A DNA stretch of 64,000 nt from Nitrospirota bacterium (GCA_035625205.1 DASPQB010000113.1:13078-77077), one strand, 5' to 3'. Shown: positions 9,171-19,109, counted from the stretch's first letter. Notes: generated by a model from the letters alone, not told the origin. Translations and numbers: made by a program.

Positions 9171-11249
9171 TTGAATACATTGATTTTGGTTCTTTTCGCA
9201 GCGATCCTCCTGTTTGCCTGCGGTGGATGGGGGTGCGGTAAAAACCAAAGCCCCAAATACACCGTAACCTATAACGGCAATGGTAGCACCGGCGGCAGCG
9301 TCGCGATCGACACAACCAACTATGTGTCGGGGCAGACCGTCACGGTGCTCGGGAATACAGGAGATCTAGCAACTATCGGGTATACCTTCTCGGGCTGGAA
9401 CACGGTATCTAATGGATCTGGCACGCTCTATACGCCAGGACAGACCTTTACGATGAGTTCGGCAAATGTCACTCTGTACGCGATGTGGACAGTAACGATA
9501 GCACGCGAGCTTTACGTAGCCAATTTACTGAACGATACGGTTACCGTATTTGATTCATCCATGAGCGGGAATGTGAATGCACTGAGACAATTTGGCAACA
9601 TTACAGGCTTGAACTTGCCAGTCGGCATTGCCGTGGACATGGTCAATAACCAAATCTTTGTGGCTAACTACGATACGATCACGGTATATGGGGGTACAGC
9701 AACCGGCAATGTCGCACCGGTAAGTACCATCTCCGGCACGAACACCGGTTTGAATAACCCACAGGGCATTGACGTGGACACTGTCAATAACCAGATCTTT
9801 GTGGCTAACTCGGGGAACAACTCACTCACGGTATATGGGAGTACAGCAACCGGCAATGTCACACCGGTAAGTACCGTCTCAGGGACAAGCACTGGCTTGA
9901 GCAGCCCCGTGGGCATTGCCGTGGACACGGTTCATGACCAGATCTTTGTGGCTAACTCCAATAATAACTCCATCACAGTATATGGGAGGACAGCAATCGG
10001 CAATGTCGCACCGGTAAGTACCATCTCCGGCTCGAACACAGGCTTGAATAAACCACAGGGCCTTGCCGTGGATACGCTTCATAACCAGATCTTTGTGGCC
10101 AATGGGGGGAACAATTCGATCACGGTATATGGAAGAACAGACACCGGGAATGTCAATCCGGTAAGTGCCATTTCCGGCACAAACACCGGTTTGAGCATCC
10201 CACACTTCATTGCCGTTGACACGGTTAATAACCAGATCTTTGTGGTTAACTACCATACGATCACGGCATATGGGAGGACAGACACCGGCAACGTCATTCC
10301 GGTAAGTACCATCTACGAAACCGCAAGCACTGGTTTGAGCTACCCACAGGGCATTGCCGTGAACACGGTAAATAGCCAGATCTTTGTGACCAATTGGGGG
10401 AACAGCTCAATCACGGTATATGATTCGACAGCCATCGGGAATGCTGCACCGGTAAATACCATATCCGCTCTGAGCACTGGTTTGAACACACCAAAGGGGA
10501 TTGCCGTGGACCCAGTAACTGATCAGATCTTTGTGACTAATTGGGGTAACAGCTCAATCACGGTATATGGCATGACAGACACCGGCAATATCTCACCGGT
10601 AAGCACCATCTCCGGAACAAGTACTGGCTTGAGAAGCCCAACCAGCATTACCGCGGACACGGTCAACAACCAGATCTTCGTGGCTAACATCGGTAACAAC
10701 TCAATCACGGTATATGGCACGACAGACACCGGGAATGTCGCACCGGTAAGTACCATCCCTGGAACAAACACTGGCGTGAGCGGCCCATTCGGCATTGCCG
10801 TGGACACGGTTACTAATCAGATCTTTGTGACCAACTCCAATAATAACTCCATCAAGGTATATGGGAGGACAGCCTCCGGCAATCTCACACCGGTAAGTAC
10901 CATCTCTGGCGAAAGCACTGGCTTGAGCGGCCCATACGCTATTGCCGTGGACACGGCAGATAACCAGATCTTTGTGACCAACTTCACTAATAACTCCATC
11001 ACGGTATATGAGGGGACAGCCTCCGGCAATGTCGCACCGGTAAGTACCATCTCCGGCGCAAACACTGGCTTGAACGGACCAGTGGGTATTGCCGTGGACA
11101 CGGTAAATAACCAGATCTTTGTGGCTAACGAAAGCAGCAACTCCATCACGGTATATAGCACGACAGCCACCGGGAATGTCACGCCGGTAAGTACCATCTC
11201 CGGCGCGAACTCAGGCTTGAGCGGACCATGGGGCATTGCGATTGAGTAG
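9171..11249 (+). CDS. Surface lipoprotein with an N-terminal Listeria/Bacteroides (InlB B-repeat-like) domain followed by about 12 YVTN-family beta-propeller repeats.
   Basis: TTG start 9171 with GGAGG at 9148-9152. Lipobox: LLFACGGW. The N-terminal part TVTYNGNGSTGGSV...YTFSGWNTVSNGSG...YAMWT is repeat-domain-like. About 12 tandem 46-aa units follow (IFVANSGNNSITVYG-TATGNVAPVSTISGTNTGLNNPQGIAVDTVNNQ), resembling 40-residue YVTN propeller repeats. It ends with TAG. Confidence 0.85.
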   Translation: MNTLILVLFAAILLFACGGWGCGKNQSPKYTVTYNGNGSTGGSVAIDTTNYVSGQTVTVLGNTGDLATIGYTFSGWNTVSNGSGTLYTPGQTFTMSSANVTLYAMWTVTIARELYVANLLNDTVTVFDSSMSGNVNALRQFGNITGLNLPVGIAVDMVNNQIFVANYDTITVYGGTATGNVAPVSTISGTNTGLNNPQGIDVDTVNNQIFVANSGNNSLTVYGSTATGNVTPVSTVSGTSTGLSSPVGIAVDTVHDQIFVANSNNNSITVYGRTAIGNVAPVSTISGSNTGLNKPQGLAVDTLHNQIFVANGGNNSITVYGRTDTGNVNPVSAISGTNTGLSIPHFIAVDTVNNQIFVVNYHTITAYGRTDTGNVIPVSTIYETASTGLSYPQGIAVNTVNSQIFVTNWGNSSITVYDSTAIGNAAPVNTISALSTGLNTPKGIAVDPVTDQIFVTNWGNSSITVYGMTDTGNISPVSTISGTSTGLRSPTSITADTVNNQIFVANIGNNSITVYGTTDTGNVAPVSTIPGTNTGVSGPFGIAVDTVTNQIFVTNSNNNSIKVYGRTASGNLTPVSTISGESTGLSGPYAIAVDTADNQIFVTNFTNNSITVYEGTASGNVAPVSTISGANTGLNGPVGIAVDTVNNQIFVANESSNSITVYSTTATGNVTPVSTISGANSGLSGPWGIAIE
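9500..11249 (+). repeat. Coding tandem repeat, about 12 units of 138 bp (46 aa), near-identical at the DNA level.
   Basis: Motifs such as ccggtaagtaccatctccggc and cagatctttgtggctaac recur every 138 bp from about 9650 to 11240. Many antisense ORFs in the track are artefacts of this periodicity. Confidence 0.8.
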
Positions 11250-11463
11250 AGCCTGGTAAGATTGGCACGTTCTGTTTCCCGACATCTTTTCATCCTTGGT
11301 CTTGATCCAGGTTACTCTTGCTGCGTAGCCGATGAATTGATCAATGCCCCGATTCATGAGCGGGCGGACGTGAGACCGCACGGGAAGCGCGTACAGGAGC
11401 GGAGGGGGCGCCCCGATAAATATTACTGAGTCTCATAAGAAGCTTTTTTCTATATCTATTTTC

Positions 11464-11493
11464 TTTACAATAAACACAATTCTGTACTAAAAT
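11464..11493 (+). promoter_or_regulatory. Candidate sigma70-type promoter (TTTACA, 18-nt spacer, TAAAAT) upstream of the pilin gene.
   Basis: tttaca at 11464-11469 and taaaat at 11488-11493, with an 18-nt spacer, 128 nt upstream of ATG 11621. Sequence-pattern only. Confidence 0.3.
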
Positions 11494-11620
11494 CATGCCA
11501 GTGATAATTAAAAAAGTTCCTGGAATGATTATTCCGGCAACAAGGGGTTCACAAACCCCAGGAGGTGATCGCTGGTCTGGTAGAGGAACGTCGGGACGTG
11601 CGGATGGCAGGGAGGGTTGA

Positions 11621-12034
11621 ATGGGCATTCAACAGAATAAAGAAAAGGGGCGGGGCGGGTTCACGTTGATCGAGCTGCTGATAGTTATCGTTATCCTCGG
11701 CATTCTCGCAGGCATCGCGATACCGCAGTATTTGACCTATCTTGACAAGGCCCGGCTGACGGCATCGATTTCAACGCTCTCTTCCCTAGGGAACGACATA
11801 GAATCTTACCATCTTAGTAATGGCCAGTATCCCCTCTCGATTGATTGGGCCACTTATACCGACCAGAACGGCAACAGTATCCTTACCGCGATGACCCCAA
11901 GCATGTTCTATGGCAAGATAGAAAGTTGGCTGACCTACAGCACAGAAAACGATACCTACACCGTCACGGCGACAGCGACCGATAGCAAGCAGACGCTCCT
12001 GACGCTTTCGCCCACGGGTGTGGCTAGCAATTAG
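11621..12034 (+). CDS. Prepilin-type N-terminal cleavage/methylation domain protein (type IV pilin or pseudopilin-like).
   Basis: The leader MGIQQNKEKGRGG is followed by FTLIELLIVIVILGILAGIAIPQY. This is the classic G/F cleavage site with Glu+5 and a hydrophobic helix. The protein is 137 aa. Confidence 0.85.
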   Translation: MGIQQNKEKGRGGFTLIELLIVIVILGILAGIAIPQYLTYLDKARLTASISTLSSLGNDIESYHLSNGQYPLSIDWATYTDQNGNSILTAMTPSMFYGKIESWLTYSTENDTYTVTATATDSKQTLLTLSPTGVASN

Positions 12035-12047
12035 AGGGAGAGGACCA

Positions 12048-12635
12048 ATGCGGAAACCAATGCGGAGAAATTACCTCGTTCACAAGGGTCTCCAGATCAA
12101 GTATGCGGTCATGGTCATTGCACTGCTGTTGATCTACACGATCATCCTGATGTCGGCAATCTTTGGACCGGCATTCCACATCCTGTCTTCCGGGCAGATT
12201 TCGCTCGCGGAGCGGGCCGAAACTGCGGAAGCCGTACTCCTGCTGAACAGCTCCATGTGGCCGTGGATCTGTCTGGTCGTCCTGCTTTTCGGAGGCATCA
12301 GCATCTTCATAACACATCGGCTGGCGGGTCCCGTCTTCGCGATCAAGCGGATGCTTAAGACTCTCGGCGACGGTGACTTTAGCGCGCGGATACGGCTGCG
12401 GAAGGGGGCCGAACTGCAAGACCTGGGAGATGCAGTGAATGATATGGCGGACCGGTACGAGTCGTTCGTGTCATCGCTTGATGAGCGGCTTCGGAATGTC
12501 GCCATCGAAGTACGCGCAATGGCGCGGCAGAATGAGGCGGTGAATAAATCATCGCTGCTGTCCGAGATTGAAGCCGTGGAGCAGCTCCTGGAAAAGTGCA
12601 CCTTCAAGAAAAAGGAAAAGATCGAGACGCCGTGA
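12048..12635 (+). CDS. Membrane protein with two TM helices and a HAMP domain, no recognisable output domain.
   Basis: A GGGAGAGGA RBS precedes ATG 12048. The translation has two hydrophobic segments, then a HAMP-like stretch ITHRLAGPVFAIKRMLKTLGDGDFSARIRLRKGAELQDLGDAVNDMA, then a coiled-coil tail. It overlaps or abuts the pilin gene end. Confidence 0.7.
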   Translation: MRKPMRRNYLVHKGLQIKYAVMVIALLLIYTIILMSAIFGPAFHILSSGQISLAERAETAEAVLLLNSSMWPWICLVVLLFGGISIFITHRLAGPVFAIKRMLKTLGDGDFSARIRLRKGAELQDLGDAVNDMADRYESFVSSLDERLRNVAIEVRAMARQNEAVNKSSLLSEIEAVEQLLEKCTFKKKEKIETP

Positions 12636-13088
12636 TTCGCCCGGATAATCTAATCGCCAGGAAAGAGGAAATCGAGGCGGCGAAGCGGCGCGCTCCCCTT
12701 TTGGATACTAAGGCAAAGCCTACCAACGCAGGGATGCTCTTGTAAAAAGATCCCAACGTTTTCTATTGCATATTTTCTGGTGGCATAGTGGCTGCCTCGT
12801 TAGCTTTATGAGCCACCCCGAGGTTCGTTGCGAAGGTCAACGCGTATTTTGCATCATTTTTTTACAAGAGACCATGCACACTTTCTGGATGTCTCATGCC
12901 CTGTGAAATAAACAAACCGTTTGGCGAGACTGATGTGTTTAAAGAATGATGCACTATTAGCCTTAACAAAAAAATCCCAGGGCAGCACCTGACAATACCA
13001 CCTTTAGGGATGTGAAGCAAACATCTGAGAGGCAAATAATGCATTCAAGATTTGCACATGAAGTTCATATTCATCATTTGGATAAGAG

Positions 13089-13565
13089 ATGCTCATGAAA
13101 ATTTCCTGGTTTTCATTATACAAGGTTGTCCTTGCCCTCTGGGTCGGGGGCATGTCGATCTTCACGTTCCTGATCGCGCCGGTAATCTTTAAATCATATG
13201 GAAAAGATATGGCCAGCGATATTGTGGGGCACATCTTCCCGCGGTACTTCCTCTATGATCTCATCCTTGCAGCAGCGGCCCTCGCTTTGTTTTTTCTTTT
13301 ATCTATCGAACGGAAGGCTTTTGCAAGCCGGCTTTCGCTTGTTCTCCTGGCAGCGGCCCTTATCGTCAACGTCTTTATTGTATTTAAACTCTATCCCGAT
13401 GCGGTACAGGCGAAGCAGGAAGTGACCTCCTTTGAGCGGGAATCTCCAGACTCTCCAGCGAGAAGGAAATTTACGAGATTGCACGCCCTCAGCGCGTCAC
13501 TGAATCTTTTTCTCCTTGTTGACGGAATAATGCTGTTGATGGCTGTCCCGGCGACAGAAAAGTAG
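13089..13565 (+). CDS. DUF4149-like integral membrane protein.
   Basis: A 158-aa ORF (MLMKISWFSLYKVVLALWVGGMSIFTFLIAPVIFKSY...) has four predicted TM segments. The pattern resembles the DUF4149/TMEM205-like family. Confidence 0.5.
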   Translation: MLMKISWFSLYKVVLALWVGGMSIFTFLIAPVIFKSYGKDMASDIVGHIFPRYFLYDLILAAAALALFFLLSIERKAFASRLSLVLLAAALIVNVFIVFKLYPDAVQAKQEVTSFERESPDSPARRKFTRLHALSASLNLFLLVDGIMLLMAVPATEK

Positions 13566-13614
13566 CGAGAGGAGTCGTCTGGTGGAATCTCTGCGGGTTC
13601 ACCAAAAATCTTTT

Positions 13615-13636
13615 CCTGCTGAAAGCGGGTATTTTT
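13615..13636 (+). terminator. Candidate intrinsic terminator downstream of the DUF4149 gene.
   Basis: Stem cctgc / gcggg with loop tgaaa, followed by tattttt. It lies about 50 nt after the stop at 13565. Confidence 0.3.
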
Positions 13637-14231
13637 GCTCTTGCATTTCTGGCTAGGGCGTAAGGTGCATGTGACGTTTTTAATCCTCGTCATTAAATCG
13701 ACTAAGCAGACTTGTAGGTAATGTGGAGTTTCATACAGCATGAGCAGAGGTGGAGACTTGACTTGGAAGCATGCGGCGCGCGCTCGAGGCTACCGATGCT
13801 TCCGGTTGAATATGAAATAACGCTGCATTGGCACCGATCCGGACCCACGATGAACTCGACCAGCAGATAGATTCCCTCAACCGCATCCGGCTGATACAAT
13901 CAGCTGAGGATCAGAAAGAATAGGATGTTAGAACGAACACGACCGGACACCGGGAACTCTTACCCCCGAGCATTACTGCCAATTGAAATCGTCCGATAAC
14001 ATTACTCGCGGTAATTAAAAAAGGCAGGCTGCGCTGCAGCCTGCCTGATTGTCTGAGACATTAAAGTTCAACGACTTTTGCTCACCTCGTGAGGCAAGTA
14101 TACTATCGAACGATGCGCAACTGTTACCCTTTTCTCGGTGGAGCCGAGGAATTCTGAAACTCCGTTCGACAGCCCTTCCCTCGGTTCGCGCACGCTACCA
14201 CTCCTGAGCTTTCAAGCATTGCCGTCGGCGT

Positions 14232-14624
14232 TTATTCATGGATAGCTCCGAGTGATTCATACGTACGGCCCGAGAAATCCGTAATTCCATTTGCGATCTC
14301 GTCCGAATCGCGTAAACCGCCCGCTCCTGATCCCGAATCTTCCATCAGGGAGCCCGTCGCTTCCGCGGGAACAGACCCGAGTGATTCATACGTGCCGCCT
14401 GAGAAATCCGTAACGCCATTTGCAATCTCAGCCGAATCGCGTAAACCACCCGCTCCCGATCCCGAATCTTCCATCAGGGAGCCGGTCGCTTCTGCGGGAA
14501 CAGATCCGAGTGATTCATACGTACCGCCCGAGAAATCCGTAACGCCATTCGCAGATTCTGCGTAGGCTGTTCCTAGGGCAAGAACAAATATCACTGATAT
14601 AGTTACAACGAGAAGTTTTTTCAT
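14232..14624 (-). CDS. Small secreted protein built from three tandem 41-aa repeats, function unknown.
   Basis: Signal peptide MKKLLVVTISVIFVLALGTAYA. This is followed by 2.7 copies of ANGVTDFSGGTYESLGSVPAEATGSLMEDSGSGAGGLRDS[AD]EI. The underlying 123-bp DNA repeats are nearly identical. Confidence 0.7.
   Translation of the reverse strand: MKKLLVVTISVIFVLALGTAYAESANGVTDFSGGTYESLGSVPAEATGSLMEDSGSGAGGLRDSAEIANGVTDFSGGTYESLGSVPAEATGSLMEDSGSGAGGLRDSDEIANGITDFSGRTYESLGAIHE
14235..14558 (-). repeat. Coding tandem repeat, 123 bp x about 2.7.
   Basis: Near-perfect DNA repeats (for example gagtgattcatacgt[ag]c[cg]gcc[ct]gagaaatccgtaa...) are visible on the plus strand across 14283-14520. Confidence 0.75.
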
Positions 14625-15441
14625 ACGTGGTATCCTCCTTCACTTACTCTCCTTTAAAAAGCTGCCTTGTAGTCAATTCCAAGGCCTTATATTGATTCCT
14701 ATTATATCATACTGAAACAGTCCTGTTTATCTTTTCTTTCTTGCAATTATTTTTTTTGATACTTTATTTGCAATATACGAGCGTCTTTCACGTTTGTCAT
14801 TATTTCATTCAGCATAATGACTAGAACGCGACACCGGGTCTCTTTTGTGCGGCATCAACTGACAATTTAAGATCTCAACATCACCCTGGCCTGGTATCCT
14901 CGGACGGTGAAGGATCAGAAGAGACTGAAGAGGAAGTTATCGGTAGCCATGGAGCAATATGGCTACCGCCGAAGCGAGCTTGCTCGGCACATGGTCTTGG
15001 AGCCATGAAGAAATTATTGCTGTTCAAAAAGAGAAGCTCAGCTTGGATCAGCTTATTATTGTCCTTTTTTTTATCTTATCATAGCAATGCGCTGGATGGC
15101 ACTATATTTAAAACTGTGACGGTCATGGTGTTAGTTACGACCCCTATTCGGCATCTCTTATTTATTGGTCGTCGTTCCAGTGGCGTTCGGCGTGCCAGAT
15201 ATGGTAGAACGGCGAATAATTCTCGCTGAAGTGTTCACTCCCGAATAGTGCCTGATGTCCACCCTTACTGCACCAGCTGGAAATTGAACCGTTCATATCT
15301 TCACTGATAATGAGCATGTGATTTACCTCAATGATATTCATCGCTGCTAGCCACGACCACAACTGACACCCTCGCATTTGCGCCCTGCAATTTGTTAACA
15401 TACATATTTATTCCGGCTTCCTCACAACGCTAAGAAGTCTC

Positions 15442-15450
15442 TGGTATAAT
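15442..15450 (+). promoter_or_regulatory. Extended -10 promoter element (TGgTATAAT) upstream of the cytochrome c gene.
   Basis: tggtataat at 15442-15450. An AAAGGAG RBS sits at 15477-15483 and the ATG at 15492. Confidence 0.4.
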
Positions 15451-15491
15451 TATCGCCATGAATAATACCTCTTACGAAAGGAGCATATAGT

Positions 15492-16079
15492 ATGAGAAAG
15501 ATCACTGTTTTAGGATGCCTGATGATGGGGTTGTTCAGTTTATTCCTTGCACCAAAGGTATCATTCGCCGCCGAGCAAAAAGCGGCAGGCGGCAAACAAG
15601 CGCAAATCGCGCGAGGTCTATATCTTGTGACGGTAGCATCATGCAACGACTGTCATTCCCCCAAGAAAATGACCCCGATGGGTCCCGTCCCTGACGAGGC
15701 GAGGCTTCTTTCAGGGCAACCGGCGGACGAAAAACTGCCCGAGGTTCCGTTAAATATAATTGGCCCGGACAAATGGGGTGCAATAACCAACAACAATTTA
15801 ACAGCGTGGGTCGGCCCTTGGGGTACGAGTTATGGGGCAAATCTGTCGCCTGACCGGGACACCGGTACGGGGGCCTGGAATGAGGAACTGTTCATTAGGA
15901 TACTGCGCACCGGTAAATTTATGGCCTCCGGTCGTGACATCCTTCCGCCCATGCCCTGGTACAACTATGCCAAACTCCCGGATCGGGATCTCAAGGCAAT
16001 TTTTGCCTATCTTAAAAGCATCAAACCAGTAAAGAACCTCGTGCCTGCTCCCGTTCCCCCTGCGTCTCCTCAGCGGTAA
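15492..16079 (+). CDS. Secreted mono-haem c-type cytochrome.
   Basis: Signal peptide MRKITVLGCLMMGLFSLFLAPKVSFA. One CxxCH motif (CNDCH) and a Met-rich distal region. The protein is 195 aa. Confidence 0.8.
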   Translation: MRKITVLGCLMMGLFSLFLAPKVSFAAEQKAAGGKQAQIARGLYLVTVASCNDCHSPKKMTPMGPVPDEARLLSGQPADEKLPEVPLNIIGPDKWGAITNNNLTAWVGPWGTSYGANLSPDRDTGTGAWNEELFIRILRTGKFMASGRDILPPMPWYNYAKLPDRDLKAIFAYLKSIKPVKNLVPAPVPPASPQR

Positions 16080-16299
16080 TATTGAATCCCGAATCACCGC
16101 TACGAGGCCGGTCAGACATCGAGGAATCGTAAAAGATTTAAGAATATCTTAACTTGCAATTCCCTGTAGCCCGCTACAGGGGTCACCGCAGAGAAGGAAT
16201 GGCTTAAGAAGCCGCGGGTTTCTCAATTAACAATCGCCTTACTCTCTCTCGGTACCCTGTCAGCTTGCCGGGGGGCGCTTCAATTGAAGGAGGATCATT

Positions 16300-17250
16300 A
16301 TGGCTGAGAAGAAAATTATCGCGGTAGTGGGCGCAACCGGCGCCCAGGGTGGCGGCCTTGTTCGCGCTATCATGTCCGATAGGGGAGGCCCGTTCACGGC
16401 GCGCGCCCTTACGCGCGACCCTCATTCAGACAAGTCCAAGGCACTCGCCGCTCTCGGAGCCGAGATCGTGCAGGCCGATGTGGATGATGCGGCGAGTCTC
16501 CGGAGTGCCTTCGAGGGAGCGCACGGTGCCTATTGCGTCACTTTCTTTTGGGCGCACATGAAGCCGGAGCAGGAGCTCGCTGAGGCTCGAAGCATGGCAC
16601 AGGCGGCCAAGCAGGCGAAGGTCGCCCACGTCATCTGGTCCACGCTTGAGGACACTCGGAAGCTCGTTCCCTTGAGCGACAACCGGATGCCGACGCTGGG
16701 GGGCAAGTACAAGGTGCCGCACTTCGACGCCAAGGGGGAGGCGGACAGGATCTTCGTCGAACTCGGTGTACCAACGACCTTCCTGCTCGCATCGTTCTAC
16801 TGGGACAACCTTATCCTCTTCGGCATGGGTCCGAAAAAGGGACCGGACGGCAAATTGGCCATCACCTTCCCGATGGGCAGCGCGCGGCTTGCGGGCATCG
16901 CTGCCGAGGACATCGGCAAGTGTGCCTACGGCATTTTCAAGAAGGGGCAGGACCTCGTCGGCAAGACCGTCGGGGTCGCCGGCGAGCACCTGACCTGCGC
17001 TCAGATGGCCGCGGCGCTCGCCAAGGAGCTGGGCCAGCCGGTTCGGTACAATGAGATCACTCCGGAGGTATATCGCGGATTCGGCTTCCCGGGTGCGGAC
17101 GATCTAGGCAACATGTTCCAGGTCTATCGCGATTTCGAGAAAGAAGTTTGCGGCGCGCGCAAGCTGGACGTGTCCCGCTCGCTCAATCCCGAACTGCAGA
17201 CGTTCGAGCAGTGGCTTGCCAGCAATAAGGGCAAAATCCCGCTCGAGTAG
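16300..17250 (+). CDS. NmrA-family NAD(P)-binding protein (atypical SDR).
   Basis: AAGGAGG RBS. The N-terminal GxxGxxG motif (IAVVGATGAQGG) and the overall 316-aa sequence are typical of NmrA-like proteins. Confidence 0.88.
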   Translation: MAEKKIIAVVGATGAQGGGLVRAIMSDRGGPFTARALTRDPHSDKSKALAALGAEIVQADVDDAASLRSAFEGAHGAYCVTFFWAHMKPEQELAEARSMAQAAKQAKVAHVIWSTLEDTRKLVPLSDNRMPTLGGKYKVPHFDAKGEADRIFVELGVPTTFLLASFYWDNLILFGMGPKKGPDGKLAITFPMGSARLAGIAAEDIGKCAYGIFKKGQDLVGKTVGVAGEHLTCAQMAAALAKELGQPVRYNEITPEVYRGFGFPGADDLGNMFQVYRDFEKEVCGARKLDVSRSLNPELQTFEQWLASNKGKIPLE

Positions 17251-17814
17251 ACCGAGGGAGTCTTGACGCGATGAGGCACCCCGAGCCGTCAAGGTCGGAA
17301 TGGCGCCGCCAAACGACTGCCTGATGCTAGCGTAGAAATAGGTAGAGAGTGAGGAGTGAACACCTCCCCCCAAGTCATCGTCTTACCTACAAACTGCATT
17401 TATTGATTGTTTCGATCAAGGAGAACCACACACTTATAGCATGTCGCACGTTACAAATGAGGTACTACCTTTGAATTGCGGAATGAATCAAATATGACGA
17501 CCATAACTTGAACTCTGTGAGCCAGGAAATCGACAATAAAGCCCGGCTGGTTAATTCTATCATCCGGGCTTCAACGTTTGTTGTTCCGTCTCCGGAGTTT
17601 TCAGGCACTCATGCCCCTCCTCCGTTAAGATGTTTACCCCAAAGGCCCTTTAGGTGATGAACCCCCTACGTTATCCGGATTCGACGTTTAATATCGTGAC
17701 TTCGAGCATGATTTTGTCATCATTTACCATAGCCCTCGTTTTTCTCCGCCATCTTCGGTTATCTTAACCACCCGTAAGCTGCCCTCCGCAAGAAACTGCA
17801 CGTCATCAGAGGAA

Positions 17815-18084
17815 CTACGCAGGGGAGAGGCGAAAGTGTCTTCTTCCTGGCATTGCTTCTTTGTGATCTGCCGAAGCCTCAGCCCCTGTCAGGGCCAACC
17901 TGCAGGTCACATCGACTATCGCGTGAGCTTCTCCCTTGCTCATGTCGTTTGTCTGATAATAGATATAGTCCTCAACCATATTGCACAGCTCTTTTCGGGG
18001 AATGTCCGTCTTCAATTCAAGAACTTCCTCTTCAAACAACTTGGCAGCATAAGGAGCTACCTCTTTCTTATCTATCCTGTTCAT
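17815..18084 (-). CDS. Hypothetical small protein.
   Basis: A GGGAGG RBS precedes the ATG (complement of 18082-18084). The translation MNRIDKKEVAPYAAKLFEEEVLELKTDIPRKELCNMVEDYIYYQ... has no recognised family. Confidence 0.4.
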   Translation of the reverse strand: MNRIDKKEVAPYAAKLFEEEVLELKTDIPRKELCNMVEDYIYYQTNDMSKGEAHAIVDVTCRLALTGAEASADHKEAMPGRRHFRLSPA

Positions 18085-18254
18085 AGAGCCTCCCTTGAGG
18101 CCTGCAAACCGGCGGAACATACCTTCTTCTCCGGAGCCCCTTGCGAACTTACGAGAACGTTTCAGGGTCAGGCCTATTACTTGAATTTTTCTCCTTTCAT
18201 TGCAAGGAGGGTAAATCTTTCACGGGTGTAGCCTCGTGACACTGTGCACGCCAA

Positions 18255-18917
18255 TTAAGCGGCACGTCTTGCCCCGGCAGGCTTCAAGCCTAATTTATTT
18301 CTGATCTCCCGTGCTGGGGCGCTCGTTGCATACACCGCCGTTCCCACGTCGAACATTTTCGAGGTGCTCAAGCCTCCTACGACAACAGGGTCAAGTCCCG
18401 CATGCTTCACAAGCTCGGCGGCAGCTTTCAAACCCTCCTGGTCGTCGCTGGCTATCGGAATCCCGATCCTCTCTCCTTTTCTGGTGACTGTTTTTTTGAG
18501 GTCTTCAAAATAAACCGTATTGAACGCCCGTACTATTCTTGCGCCCGGCAGCAGACGGGCCACCACGGTGCCGGTACCACCCGCTTCTCTTCGTGCCTCT
18601 TCTGCAATCACCCCATCTCTCTCAGGATAAGGATTCGATGTGTCGATCACGATCTTGCCCTTTAAGGCGTCCTTTATTTCAGCGTCAAGCACCGGGAGCG
18701 CTTTCAAAGGAAGCGAGAGCACGATCACATCTCCAAATGCAATTGCCTCGGCGATGCTCCCGGCGCGGGCTTTGAGCCCGGTTGTCTTCACAAGGTCTTG
18801 GAGGGAATCAGGATGTCTTGAACCGTAGAAGACCTCGTATCCTGCCTTTGCTAACAAAATTCCAAGGGTTCCCCCGATATGGCCTGATCCAACAATACCG
18901 ATTTTATTTATTTTCAT
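18255..18917 (-). CDS. NADP oxidoreductase, coenzyme F420-dependent family (dinucleotide-binding, COG2085-like).
   Basis: An AAGGAG RBS precedes the second ATG. The translation MKINKIGIVGSGHIGGTLGILLAKAGYEVFYGSRHP... shows a Rossmann-fold GxGxxG motif. Confidence 0.8.
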   Translation of the reverse strand: MKINKIGIVGSGHIGGTLGILLAKAGYEVFYGSRHPDSLQDLVKTTGLKARAGSIAEAIAFGDVIVLSLPLKALPVLDAEIKDALKGKIVIDTSNPYPERDGVIAEEARREAGGTGTVVARLLPGARIVRAFNTVYFEDLKKTVTRKGERIGIPIASDDQEGLKAAAELVKHAGLDPVVVGGLSTSKMFDVGTAVYATSAPAREIRNKLGLKPAGARRAA

Positions 18918-19109
18918 GTCTTTAGCTCCTTTTTTGAACAATTGAGCGTGGTGAGACCTGGATAATCAACTCTTCTGATTAAAAGATATCACAGCCTGAA
19001 TTAATAACAATGCAACAAAAGTATATATCTGGCAATTCCTTCAGCCTAACAGTATGAACCCGATAGGCCGTTTAGTCTGCCGTGGTACCAATACTTCCTG
19101 CCTACAGTC

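Noticed and set aside
11262-11282. TGGCAC...TTTCC resembling a sigma54 -24/-12 element just after the lipoprotein gene.
   Set aside because: Spacing and the -12 GC motif do not fit TGGCACG-N4-TTGCW. It is probably fortuitous.
9668-11293. Series of minus-strand ORFs (9668..9928, 9879..10256, 10523..10807, 10817..11293) inside the lipoprotein gene.
   Set aside because: They repeat with the same 138-bp period as the sense-strand coding repeat and translate to hydrophobic nonsense. They are antisense shadows of the tandem repeat.
15005-15401. ORFs 15005..15229 (+) and 15162..15401 (-) in the divergent spacer.
   Set aside because: They overlap each other in an AT-rich promoter region. There is no RBS and composition is non-coding-like. 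The signal-peptide-like start of the plus ORF is probably coincidental.
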